Assembly (NCBI GenBank): GCA_005798555.1
Contig: SYJA01000078.1
Location: forward strand, 25,191 to 89,190
DNA: 64,000 nucleotides
Origin: Actinomycetota bacterium
GTDB taxonomy: Bacteria > Actinomycetota > Actinomycetes > S36-B12
Reading direction: 5' to 3'
A model generated the notes under the pieces. The model was not told the DNA's origin and made no database searches. It saw only the letters and a list, made by a program, of their open reading frames with translations. A program made the position numbers and the translations under genes. Shown piece by piece: positions 18,367-26,590 of this stretch; within the stretch, counting starts at the first letter, position 1, and every line of letters begins with the position of its first letter.

Positions 18367-20085
18367 CTACTTGGCGTTCGGACGCTTCAAGGCATCCGGT
18401 TCGAACATGCCGTCGTTGTTGACTCCGGCGGTGGCGTACTCGATTGCCTTGGCCTTCTTAAGAGCCGAGGTGGTCTTTGCATTCACCATCGCATTTAAGG
18501 TTTTCACCGCGTTGGTGATCTGCGCACCCGCCTCCAATCCGAAGAAGGAGCAGTGACCGACACCCGAGGTGTTTGCCGCTGCCGAGGCCGCCGCATCAGG
18601 TGACTTACCGCCTGCTGCGAACTTGGTGTAGCCATCGGGTGATGGCACGGTGTAGTACTGCGCGATCTTCAGCAGCTTGCTCTTGGCCCCGCTCTTGGCG
18701 AGCTTGGCGTAGAACTCACTGGTGTTACCGGTGGCCACGATGGGATCGTAGGTCGTCGTGATCAGCAAGGTGGGCACGGAGTACACACCCTTGGCAGCTG
18801 GCAAGGCGCGAACTGCCTTGACCGCTGCCGCATTCGCACCGAAGCGTGCTGTTGCGTCACCCTTTGATGCATCCAGCTTTGCGAGCATGGCATTTAGCAG
18901 GTTCGGCATCACTGTTGACGCATTCAAGGTGTCGCCGAACTCACCGCGCTGCTCAGCGGAGAGCAGGTTGGTGTAAGTCACTTGGACGTTGTCATTGAAG
19001 TTCGCCGTCGCCGTTGCGGGAATGCTGGCGATGGTGCGAGCGCGTTGCTCGAGCTCGTACCGGCCGAGGATGCCAAGTGCGGCAGCCCCACCCACGTTCT
19101 GCAGCATGGCCGCTGCGGTGTTGGCGCCGGCGGATGCCGGGGAGTAGCCACCACCCAGTGCGGCAAGGGTGCCCAAGGTCGCAAAGGCCGGATTAACCGT
19201 TTGTCCGTCGTACACCGTGGACTTGGTCGGCAGCCCGGCCATCAGCCCCGCGAGCAGGTTGGCCTGAGCCACCGGGTAGCCAACAGCGGAGGTGGTAACC
19301 GTGCCGGCGGAAACGCCGCCGAGGGTGGTTAGCACCGTGCCGAGGTCGGCCAGCGCCTGGGTGTAACTCTCGTAGTTGGCAACCCGAAGGGTCGGAGCTA
19401 TCAGGGTCTTCCAGGTGTACATGAGGGTCATCGCGCCCGAGAATGCTTGCTCGGGACCGGCCAGTGGTGCGCAGGTCGGGAGAGACCCGGCGATTTTGCC
19501 GGGGTTGCGCTCGGCAATGGTCTGCGCGATGAGCCCACCGAGGGATTCACCCCAAACCATGGTCTTCTTGACGCCCTTGATGGCACCGCCATTGATGTGC
19601 TTGAGCAGGTTCTCACCGGCTTCGACACCCTCAGCCGTTGCCCAACCCTGCTTGGCGTAGCCGGTACCCGCGAGGGCGTAGCCCTGGGCGAGCAGCGCCG
19701 GTATTGCGAGTGCATTGTCGGCAACATCAGCACCGCCGCCGCCCACATAGGCCACGTCGCTTCCGAATGCTGCCGCGAAGGCTGGCACCGAAGTCTTGAC
19801 ATATGTCGGGCTCGCAGCAATGCCAAGTGGTGTTGCCAACGCGGCAGGAACCGGGGTGGCGACGCGATAGCCATGCGAGAACAACAGCACGGTGCCGTTG
19901 AAAGTCGTTGGCATCACGATCTTGAAGGTGGATGCACCAAGTGCACCCGTAAGGCTGCCCTCACAGGTCGCACCCAAGGCGCAAGCGTCGGCTGCTTGGG
20001 CCGGCGCTAGTGCCGGGGCAGCTGCGAGCAGCAGCCCCGACGTCGCGAGTACCGCAACGAGGCGGCGAGATATTTTGGTTTTCAT
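18367..20085 (-). CDS. Secreted alpha/beta-hydrolase-fold protein (serine hydrolase, substrate unknown)
   Basis: Signal peptide MKTKISRRLVAVLATSGLLLAAAPALAPAQA. GESLGG nucleophile elbow, candidate Asp (TTTYDPIV) and His (GVGHCSF). ATG 20085 has a GAGGA RBS 5 nt upstream. ATG 20097 directly abuts the livJ stop and is the alternative start. Confidence 0.6.
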   Translation of the reverse strand: MKTKISRRLVAVLATSGLLLAAAPALAPAQAADACALGATCEGSLTGALGASTFKIVMPTTFNGTVLLFSHGYRVATPVPAALATPLGIAASPTYVKTSVPAFAAAFGSDVAYVGGGGADVADNALAIPALLAQGYALAGTGYAKQGWATAEGVEAGENLLKHINGGAIKGVKKTMVWGESLGGLIAQTIAERNPGKIAGSLPTCAPLAGPEQAFSGAMTLMYTWKTLIAPTLRVANYESYTQALADLGTVLTTLGGVSAGTVTTSAVGYPVAQANLLAGLMAGLPTKSTVYDGQTVNPAFATLGTLAALGGGYSPASAGANTAAAMLQNVGGAAALGILGRYELEQRARTIASIPATATANFNDNVQVTYTNLLSAEQRGEFGDTLNASTVMPNLLNAMLAKLDASKGDATARFGANAAAVKAVRALPAAKGVYSVPTLLITTTYDPIVATGNTSEFYAKLAKSGAKSKLLKIAQYYTVPSPDGYTKFAAGGKSPDAAASAAANTSGVGHCSFFGLEAGAQITNAVKTLNAMVNAKTTSALKKAKAIEYATAGVNNDGMFEPDALKRPNAK

Positions 20086-20097
20086 TTGTGTCCTCAT

Positions 20098-21387
20098 CTA
20101 CGGAAGCAACTTGGAAGTAGGGGCGCCTGGCTTGAACGTGGTCTTCTTCGCCTTGCCAGATGTCGCGCTCGTGGCCGTCATGATGTAGCTGGTCAGGCGC
20201 TCTACTTGGCCCGTTGCGTTGTACTGGCCCATGTAGTAGCCGTTTAGGCCCTGATGTGACTTTGCGCTGATGATCATCGGTGCAATGGCAGCTGACCTAA
20301 AGGTGCTGGCCTTCGTCTGCAGTGCATTGATCAAGCTCGCGCGGGTCAAGTCCGGGCCGGCGGCCTTGATGGCCTGTGCCAAGACGTACGCGGTGTTCAA
20401 CCCGTAGTAGGTGTAGAAGTTCCACGGCAGGGAGTTCTTGTCCGCGATCACCTTCATCTGGCTGACATATGCGTTCGTGGTGTCTTGGATCGGCACTAGG
20501 AAGCTCGGGGTGTAGACACCTTTGAGCAACGTGTTGCCGGCTGCACCAAGTGCGGCACCCACGACCGACGGGTCAGAGCCGACCGACGTGATCATCCAAG
20601 TCGGTGCAAACGCTGACTTGGCGGCGGTGCCGAGCATCTGTGCGGTAGCCGAGGTGACGCCGAAGAAGACAACCAACTCGCAGCCGGCTGCCTTCAACTT
20701 CGCGATCTGGGATGTAAATGGCGCCACCTGCTGGCCTGAGTAGTATGAGGTCTCGGCCGCGAAGGTGGTGCCGGCAGCGGTGAAGCCGAGCTTGGCGTTA
20801 TCGCCGAATTCACCGTCCTGATAGAACAGGCACTTCTTCTTGGCATTTAGCGTGGCGTCATTCGCCATGTAGTAGCCCATGACCTTTGCTTCCACCACGT
20901 AAGAGGGGAAGAACGGGAAGGTCATCGGGTACTTCGATGGGTTGTCGAAGTTTGAGGAACCGGTGTTCACGAACACGTCGGGGATCCCGCGGCGATTCAG
21001 GTCAGCGACGACCGCTGAGTGCGACGGGGTGCCGAGGGCACCGAACATCGCGAAGATCTTGTTGCCGAGGATCAGTTGGTTCGTCTGCTTCTTGGTCAGA
21101 GCCGGGTTGTACTGATCGTCAAGGTAGATGTAGTTGATCTTGCGCCCATTGATGCCGCCATTGGTATTGACGTAATCAAAGTATGCCTTCGCAGCCGGTG
21201 CCACATACATATATCCAGGAGAGGCCGGGCCGGTCAAAGGCGTGGTGGTGCCGATCACGATCTCCGTTTTGGAGACACCGGGATCCGCCGTAGGGATCCT
21301 TGCTGCTTGAGCCGGAGCGGCCGCGGCAAGCGCAAGCGCTGCCACCGCCCCAGCGGCGACCATTCGGGCCGCGGAAGTGGTTCTCAC
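20098..21387 (-). CDS. livJ: Branched-chain amino acid ABC transporter substrate-binding protein (LivJ/LivK type)
   Basis: Signal peptide (AALALAAAAPAQA) followed by a type-I periplasmic binding fold (IVIGTTTPLTGPAS). GTG at 21387 is preceded by GAGAGGAAA. The listed start at 21510 is over-extended. Confidence 0.8.
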   Translation of the reverse strand: MRTTSAARMVAAGAVAALALAAAAPAQAARIPTADPGVSKTEIVIGTTTPLTGPASPGYMYVAPAAKAYFDYVNTNGGINGRKINYIYLDDQYNPALTKKQTNQLILGNKIFAMFGALGTPSHSAVVADLNRRGIPDVFVNTGSSNFDNPSKYPMTFPFFPSYVVEAKVMGYYMANDATLNAKKKCLFYQDGEFGDNAKLGFTAAGTTFAAETSYYSGQQVAPFTSQIAKLKAAGCELVVFFGVTSATAQMLGTAAKSAFAPTWMITSVGSDPSVVGAALGAAGNTLLKGVYTPSFLVPIQDTTNAYVSQMKVIADKNSLPWNFYTYYGLNTAYVLAQAIKAAGPDLTRASLINALQTKASTFRSAAIAPMIISAKSHQGLNGYYMGQYNATGQVERLTSYIMTATSATSGKAKKTTFKPGAPTSKLLP

Positions 21388-21456
21388 GAATTTCCTCTCG
21401 TTGAGCTCTCCGCCCCTGCACCAGGGGAGGGGTTTGGCTGCGGACATGCATTGAGC

Positions 21457-21474
21457 TTGGTCTGTACAGACCAA
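21457..21474. promoter_or_regulatory. 18-bp perfect palindrome TTGGTCTGTACAGACCAA (candidate operator or RNA hairpin)
   Basis: The sequence is its own reverse complement. It lies 70-87 nt upstream of the livJ GTG, inside the 205-nt livM-livJ spacer. Confidence 0.4.
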
Positions 21475-21592
21475 CTGGTTAGTAACTCTCTGTTCAGGTG
21501 GTACTGGCAAACGGTACGGTGCTGCGATTCGGTTGTCCAGATGAGGTCGATGTTAAACAGACTTAAGGCTGCATATCGGGCAAATCGCTACG

Positions 21593-22963
21593 TTAGGGGC
21601 GGGTACTCGACTTGGTGGTAAGCCGTTTCCCGCCGTCCTTAAGGCCCCCTAGAATCCCGCCGGGGGCGACGAGCACTACTAGCACCACCAAGAGGCCATA
21701 GACCAGGTTTGGTGCGTTATCGGTGATATTTGCCGGCCAGCCGCGCTCGCCGGCAACCTTGAAGACCAGCTCTGGGAGGGCAACGAGTAGCACGCCGCCA
21801 ATGATCGCCCCACCCAAGGAGGCTCGGCCGCCGAGCACGACGCCCACCAGCAGCGACAGGGATAGCCCAAGCCCGAAGGCCCCCGGGCCCACGTAGCTGA
21901 GAATCTGGGCAAAGACGGCGCCGGCGATGGCCGCAAAGAAACTGCTGATGACGAATGCCGAAATCTTCGAGCCGGCAGGTGAGATGCCTGCGACAGCGGC
22001 CGCAACCGAGTCGTCACGGACCGCGCGCCAGACGCGACCCTGGCGGCCGCGCACCAAGTTCAGGGCCAAGAATCCGATGATGCAAGCCGCTGTGACGGCC
22101 AAGGTGGCCTGCCAGCGCTCCAGCACGAAGCTGCTATCCAGGAGGGCACCGGCGGCGGCAATCGGGTCGGCATCTGTTGGCAGTGCGGTGTCTAGTGGAA
22201 GTGCGATTTCTGTTGGCGTCGCCGCGGCGCTGGGGAAGTTGTCGGCGGTGAGCAGGTCCTCGGCCGCCGGGCTGGCGGCACTATCAGCGCTGGGGAAGTT
22301 GTCGGCGGTCAACATGTCGTCGCCGGCGCCTTCACCGTCCAGCGGTGCTTGTTCTAGTGGTGCCTGTTCTAGTGGCACCTCATCCAACGGCGCTTGCTCC
22401 AAGGGCACAGCTTCGGCAGTTGGTGCGCTTTCATCGAGTGGTACATCAGCAACAGCCGGGGCGTAGCCACCTTCGGGGTAGGGCACGGTGAGCATTAATC
22501 CAGTTTCGCCGCCGAGTAACTCCGGGAACCGGGTGGCAACCGCTGGCAGGCCTACAGCGATCCCAAGTGTTAGACCGGCCAGATAGGGGCCGCGGAGTCG
22601 AGCCCCGATCCAGCCGATGATCAGGCCGACACCAATACCGCCAAACCCGGCAAAGACCATCGACCAGATTGGATTCCACGGCCAGCCAAGAATCGGGACG
22701 GTCTGCCAGTTCAAGCTGGTGAGTGCGAATACATAACCGCCAATTGCCATCAACGCGCCGTTACCCAATGACACCTGACCGGATAGGCCGACAAGGATCA
22801 CCATGCCGAACATTGCGGTTGCGTACATTGCCGCGAGTGCCAGGTAGTAGCTCATCAAGGGATCGACTGCATCGTTGATGCGCAGCAATACGGCCCAAAT
22901 GACCACGACGATGGCGAGGTGGCCAATTAGCCGGGCGCCAGGCAGGCGCAGCAGATTCACCAT
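21593..22963 (-). CDS. livM: Branched-chain amino acid ABC transporter permease LivM, with a large low-complexity insertion
   Basis: N- and C-terminal TM bundles typical of LivM, interrupted by roughly 110 acidic/Pro/Ala-rich residues (aa 165-278). Confidence 0.8.
   Translation of the reverse strand: MVNLLRLPGARLIGHLAIVVVIWAVLLRINDAVDPLMSYYLALAAMYATAMFGMVILVGLSGQVSLGNGALMAIGGYVFALTSLNWQTVPILGWPWNPIWSMVFAGFGGIGVGLIIGWIGARLRGPYLAGLTLGIAVGLPAVATRFPELLGGETGLMLTVPYPEGGYAPAVADVPLDESAPTAEAVPLEQAPLDEVPLEQAPLEQAPLDGEGAGDDMLTADNFPSADSAASPAAEDLLTADNFPSAAATPTEIALPLDTALPTDADPIAAAGALLDSSFVLERWQATLAVTAACIIGFLALNLVRGRQGRVWRAVRDDSVAAAVAGISPAGSKISAFVISSFFAAIAGAVFAQILSYVGPGAFGLGLSLSLLVGVVLGGRASLGGAIIGGVLLVALPELVFKVAGERGWPANITDNAPNLVYGLLVVLVVLVAPGGILGGLKDGGKRLTTKSSTRP
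22226..22405 (-). repeat. In-frame tandem and dispersed coding repeats inside livM
   Basis: Five 15-nt units encode PLEQA/PLDEV/PLEQA/PLEQA/PLDGE (22331-22405). A 23-nt exact duplicate GCGCTGGGGAAGTTGTCGGCGGT occurs at 22228 and 22287, encoding LLTADNFPSA twice with a 20-aa period. Confidence 0.75.
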
Positions 22964-22971
22964 GGCGCCCC

Positions 22972-23850
22972 CTAGACCGATCGCGCTTTGTGATGACTGA
23001 AGACGCCTTCGGGTTTCAGGATCAAGTTCAGCGCGAGCAACAGCAGTGCAACTATCGGTGCGTTACCTGAGTCGCTATAGCCGGAGACCAGCGAGATGAC
23101 CAGCCCCGTGAATACTCCGATGGAGATCGCGCCTATCAAGGAGTCAAGGCCGCCGATGACAGCGACGGTGAAGGCGTAGACCAGCAAGATATCGAAGCTG
23201 TTCGGTGAGATTGTCGAAACCGGGGCCACCAAGACACCGGCGACAGCCCCGACTGACCCGGCTAGTGCCCAGCCGAAAGTGAGAACACGCGAAACTCGAA
23301 CTCCGGAGAGTTTGGCGACTTCCGGGTTGAATGCGGCGGCGCGCATCGACAGACCGAGTGAGGTCTTGGTGAAGAGCAGGGTGAGGCCAAGGACGAGCAG
23401 GGCCGTGATACCGATGACGACAAAGTCATAAACTGAGATTGGCCACACCCGCCCGGCGAACTCGATCCCAGCGTTATTGAATGGCTGCGGGAACGCTTGG
23501 CTGCCACCCGGCCAGATCATGCCGGCCGCGGCCTGCAGCGCGATAAGCACGCCAAAGGTGGCGATGATGGCCCCAGAGGTGTCGTTGCGTTTGACTGGGC
23601 GTAGCACCAGGTATTGGATGATGACGCCGAGAAGTGCGCCGGCTGCCAGAGCGCCGACGAGTGCGATAAACCAGGAGCCGGTCCAGGTCTGGATGGACAG
23701 CGCGATGAAGGTGGTGAACATCGCCTGCCCAACTTGCGCGAAGTTCACCACGCGAGTTGAACGCCAGATGAGCACCAACGACAGGGCCATCAGCGCGATG
23801 ATCGCACCGGAGCCTAGGCCGCCGAGCAGGTAGTCAAGGAATGTTGTCAT
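22972..23850 (-). CDS. livH: Branched-chain amino acid ABC transporter permease LivH
   Basis: 292 aa, about 8 TM segments, LivH-type N-terminus (FLDYLLGGLGSGAIIALMAL). Confidence 0.85.
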   Translation of the reverse strand: MTTFLDYLLGGLGSGAIIALMALSLVLIWRSTRVVNFAQVGQAMFTTFIALSIQTWTGSWFIALVGALAAGALLGVIIQYLVLRPVKRNDTSGAIIATFGVLIALQAAAGMIWPGGSQAFPQPFNNAGIEFAGRVWPISVYDFVVIGITALLVLGLTLLFTKTSLGLSMRAAAFNPEVAKLSGVRVSRVLTFGWALAGSVGAVAGVLVAPVSTISPNSFDILLVYAFTVAVIGGLDSLIGAISIGVFTGLVISLVSGYSDSGNAPIVALLLLALNLILKPEGVFSHHKARSV

Positions 23851-23861
23851 GGTGTCACCTC

Positions 23862-24566
23862 CTAATAGCCTAGGTAGGCATTTCGAAGTTGCTCGTCGGA
23901 CGCGATTTCGGAGCCACTGCCAACCATGACGACTTTGCCGAGGTTCAGGACGACCCCGGTGGTGGCAACCCGCAGCGCGGTAACGGCATTTTGCTCAACC
24001 AGCAGGACCGCCAGATTGGATTCAGTAGCCAGCCGGCTCACCAGTTCGAGAATCTGGGTGACAATTAGGGGTGCCAGTCCAAGGGACGGTTCATCGAGCA
24101 GCAGCACTCGCGGCTCGGACATCAGGGCCCGGCCGATCGCAAGTTGTTGGCGCTCACCGCCGCTCAAGGTGTCAGCGCGCATGCTACGACGCTCGGCCAG
24201 CACCGGAAACAAATCAAATACCTGCACCTGGGTGGCATTTCGGGCCGCTTTGTCGCGCCACAGGCCACCGAGGCGCAGGTTCTCTTCGACGGTTAGCTCG
24301 GGGATGGTGGATCGACCCTCGGGTACGAGCGCGACGCCGAGGCGGACGATGTCCTCGGGTTTGCGGCCGGTGATGGTGACCCCACCGACCGTTGCAGTTC
24401 CAGAACCTGGCTTCACCAGCCCGGACAAGGCGCGCATAAGTGTTGACTTGCCAGCCCCATTGGCCCCGATGACAGCGGTTACCTCGCCCTTTGGCACTTC
24501 AATCGAAACATTGGAAAGGGCTTGAACCGCACCGTAGTTGACCGATAGTTCGGTGATGGTGAGCAT
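23862..24566 (-). CDS. livF: Branched-chain amino acid ABC transporter ATP-binding protein LivF
   Basis: Walker A GANGAGKST, LSGGERQQLAIGRAL, LLLDEPSLGLAP. Confidence 0.85.
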   Translation of the reverse strand: MLTITELSVNYGAVQALSNVSIEVPKGEVTAVIGANGAGKSTLMRALSGLVKPGSGTATVGGVTITGRKPEDIVRLGVALVPEGRSTIPELTVEENLRLGGLWRDKAARNATQVQVFDLFPVLAERRSMRADTLSGGERQQLAIGRALMSEPRVLLLDEPSLGLAPLIVTQILELVSRLATESNLAVLLVEQNAVTALRVATTGVVLNLGKVVMVGSGSEIASDEQLRNAYLGY

Positions 24567-25354
24567 CAGGCGGCACCTTCTTCGCCAAGATAGGCGGCCA
24601 GCACGGCAGGGTTCTGGCGCACTTCATCCGGGCGCCCTGCCGCGATCACTTTTCCGGCATCCAATACCCAAATGAGGTCGCACACTTCCATGACCAGTTC
24701 CATGTGGTGCTCGACTAGCAGCACAGTTCGCTTGGGCACCCAACTGCGAATCAGGTCGGCCAGCTCGGAGATGTCAGCGGCGCTGATTCCACCTGCGGGT
24801 TCATCGAGTAGGAGTATTTGCGGATCGCTGATGAGGGCGCGGGCAAGTGCCACGCGCTTTTGAATCGGGTAGGGCAACTCCGCTGGCAATCTGGTTGCTG
24901 CGTCAGCGATATTTAGTTCTCCGAGGATGGCCATGGCCTGCTCGCGAAGCCGATTCTGCTCAATATCTGTCCACGGCATCGCAAGGGCTTGCGCGAAAAT
25001 GCCGCTGCGCACCTGCGAGGAGCCACCGATCATGACATTTTCGAGTGCGGTCATGGTCGGGAAGAGCCCGACACCTTGGAGGGTGCGGGCAATGCCCATC
25101 TTCGTAAGGTGATGGGGGTGCATGTGCTTTTGCCGCACCCCGTCTACCTTGATGGCGCCGGAGTCGGCCGCGACGAACCCACTAATCACGTTGAATACCG
25201 TGGTCTTGCCCGCACCATTCGGGCCGATCAGGCCCGTGACCGTGCCTTGCGGCACCCCGATACTGACACTGTCGAGGATCTGCAGACCGCTGAGTTTCAC
25301 ACTGATATCGACCATTTCCAAGATCGGGTCGGTAAGTGGGAGAAAGTACTTCAC
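24566..25354 (-). CDS. livG: Branched-chain amino acid ABC transporter ATP-binding protein LivG
   Basis: Walker A GPNGAGKTT, LLLDEPAGG Walker B, and a LivG-type C-terminal extension. Confidence 0.85.
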   Translation of the reverse strand: MKYFLPLTDPILEMVDISVKLSGLQILDSVSIGVPQGTVTGLIGPNGAGKTTVFNVISGFVAADSGAIKVDGVRQKHMHPHHLTKMGIARTLQGVGLFPTMTALENVMIGGSSQVRSGIFAQALAMPWTDIEQNRLREQAMAILGELNIADAATRLPAELPYPIQKRVALARALISDPQILLLDEPAGGISAADISELADLIRSWVPKRTVLLVEHHMELVMEVCDLIWVLDAGKVIAAGRPDEVRQNPAVLAAYLGEEGAA

Positions 25355-25429
25355 CTAACCGCCCCCTTTCGTCATCGATCGCGTTACCTTACCCGCGCTC
25401 CGGGGGTGCACGCGCCATTTTGGATTGGT

Positions 25430-26029
25430 TTACGCGGGGGGCAGTCGGAGCACGCTGACCGCGAAGTCGGCATCGGCCCGCCAGGGTCGTAGATCCCAGG
25501 TTGCGAACCGGTGCTCGAGGGTGAATCCGGCACCAGCGAGGTGCTTGTCGAATTCAGCCATCTCATATCGGTCGGTGTGGAAACCAACCACCGCGAAGCC
25601 ATCGGGCTTCAAGTGCTGCGCAATGCGGCCAAGTACTTGTTGCTCGGTGCCGGGGGCGACAAAGGCGAGCACATTGCCCGCCATGATGGCGGCATCAAAT
25701 AGCTCGCCTTGGCCTTGGGTTGAAAGGTTAAATTCGCATAAATCCGAGACCAGCCAAGTTGGGCCCACGTGGTCGGCCTTGGCGGCCGCGATCAACTCGG
25801 GGTCAACATCTACCCCTACCACCTCATGCCCGCGGGAATACAGGAAACCCCCAACCCGCCCGGGGCCGCATCCGGCATCAAGTATGCGTGAAACTGGCGG
25901 CACCATCGCGTCGATCAGTCGAGCCTCGCCGCCGAGATCCTCGCCTTCGGCCGCCATTGTCCGCAAGCGCTCGACGTACCACCGCGAGTGGCCCTCATCG
26001 GTGTCGGTGAACCAGCGCGGGGTTGTCAT
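25430..26029 (-). CDS. Class I SAM-dependent methyltransferase
   Basis: Motif I ILDAGCGPGRVG followed by an acidic residue (VVGVDVD). ATGA overlap with the upstream yqhA-like gene. Confidence 0.75.
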   Translation of the reverse strand: MTTPRWFTDTDEGHSRWYVERLRTMAAEGEDLGGEARLIDAMVPPVSRILDAGCGPGRVGGFLYSRGHEVVGVDVDPELIAAAKADHVGPTWLVSDLCEFNLSTQGQGELFDAAIMAGNVLAFVAPGTEQQVLGRIAQHLKPDGFAVVGFHTDRYEMAEFDKHLAGAGFTLEHRFATWDLRPWRADADFAVSVLRLPPA

Positions 26030-26481
26030 CCCCTGCGTGTTGCAAAAGTGAATGCGGCAAGGCCGAGCACGATAGCACCTGCGCCGGCTCCGATGTAAAG
26101 GATCTCGCTGGGATCATTGACGTCAACCAGATAGCCGAGGAAAACCACCGCGATGATCGCGACGACCACACCGATTAGCTTGTTCTTAAGGTCATCGAGT
26201 GAGCGAATCTCCAGCCAGTCGGGCAGCGTCACCGAACTGTCAACGAAGAGCTCGTAGAGGCCGTAGCCGATTACCAAGAGCACTGTTGCCAGCAGTAGGG
26301 TGTCGACTGCGGTCAAGATCCCAACTACTGATTGCTTTACGGTAACCGATCTGTTGACGAGGTTGAGGATGGAAACCCCGATTTCCCAGACACCGAGGAC
26401 CATTAGGACAAACGAGCCGATAATGGTGCCGATGGCTGGGACTGCTACTACATAGCGGGACAGTTCGATTATGCGGCGCAT
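26026..26481 (-). CDS. YqhA/UPF0114-family membrane protein
   Basis: 151 aa with four TM segments. The N-terminus RIIELSRYVVAVPAIGT resembles the YqhA family. Confidence 0.6.
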   Translation of the reverse strand: MRRIIELSRYVVAVPAIGTIIGSFVLMVLGVWEIGVSILNLVNRSVTVKQSVVGILTAVDTLLLATVLLVIGYGLYELFVDSSVTLPDWLEIRSLDDLKNKLIGVVVAIIAVVFLGYLVDVNDPSEILYIGAGAGAIVLGLAAFTFATRRG

Positions 26482-26590
26482 GCACCCACGATAGTCCTAG
26501 TGGTTTCATAGGCGTTAGTGACTTGGGCGTCGGGCGCCGCTACCATCGGGTTAGCCGCCGAATTTCGGGCCTATCTTGGAGCGCTGCCCT

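Noticed and set aside
22226-22405. Short tandem repeats, considered as a possible CRISPR array or minisatellite
   Set aside because: The units are 15 nt with no spacers. They are in-frame within livM and translate to a PLEQA-type peptide repeat, so this is not a CRISPR array.
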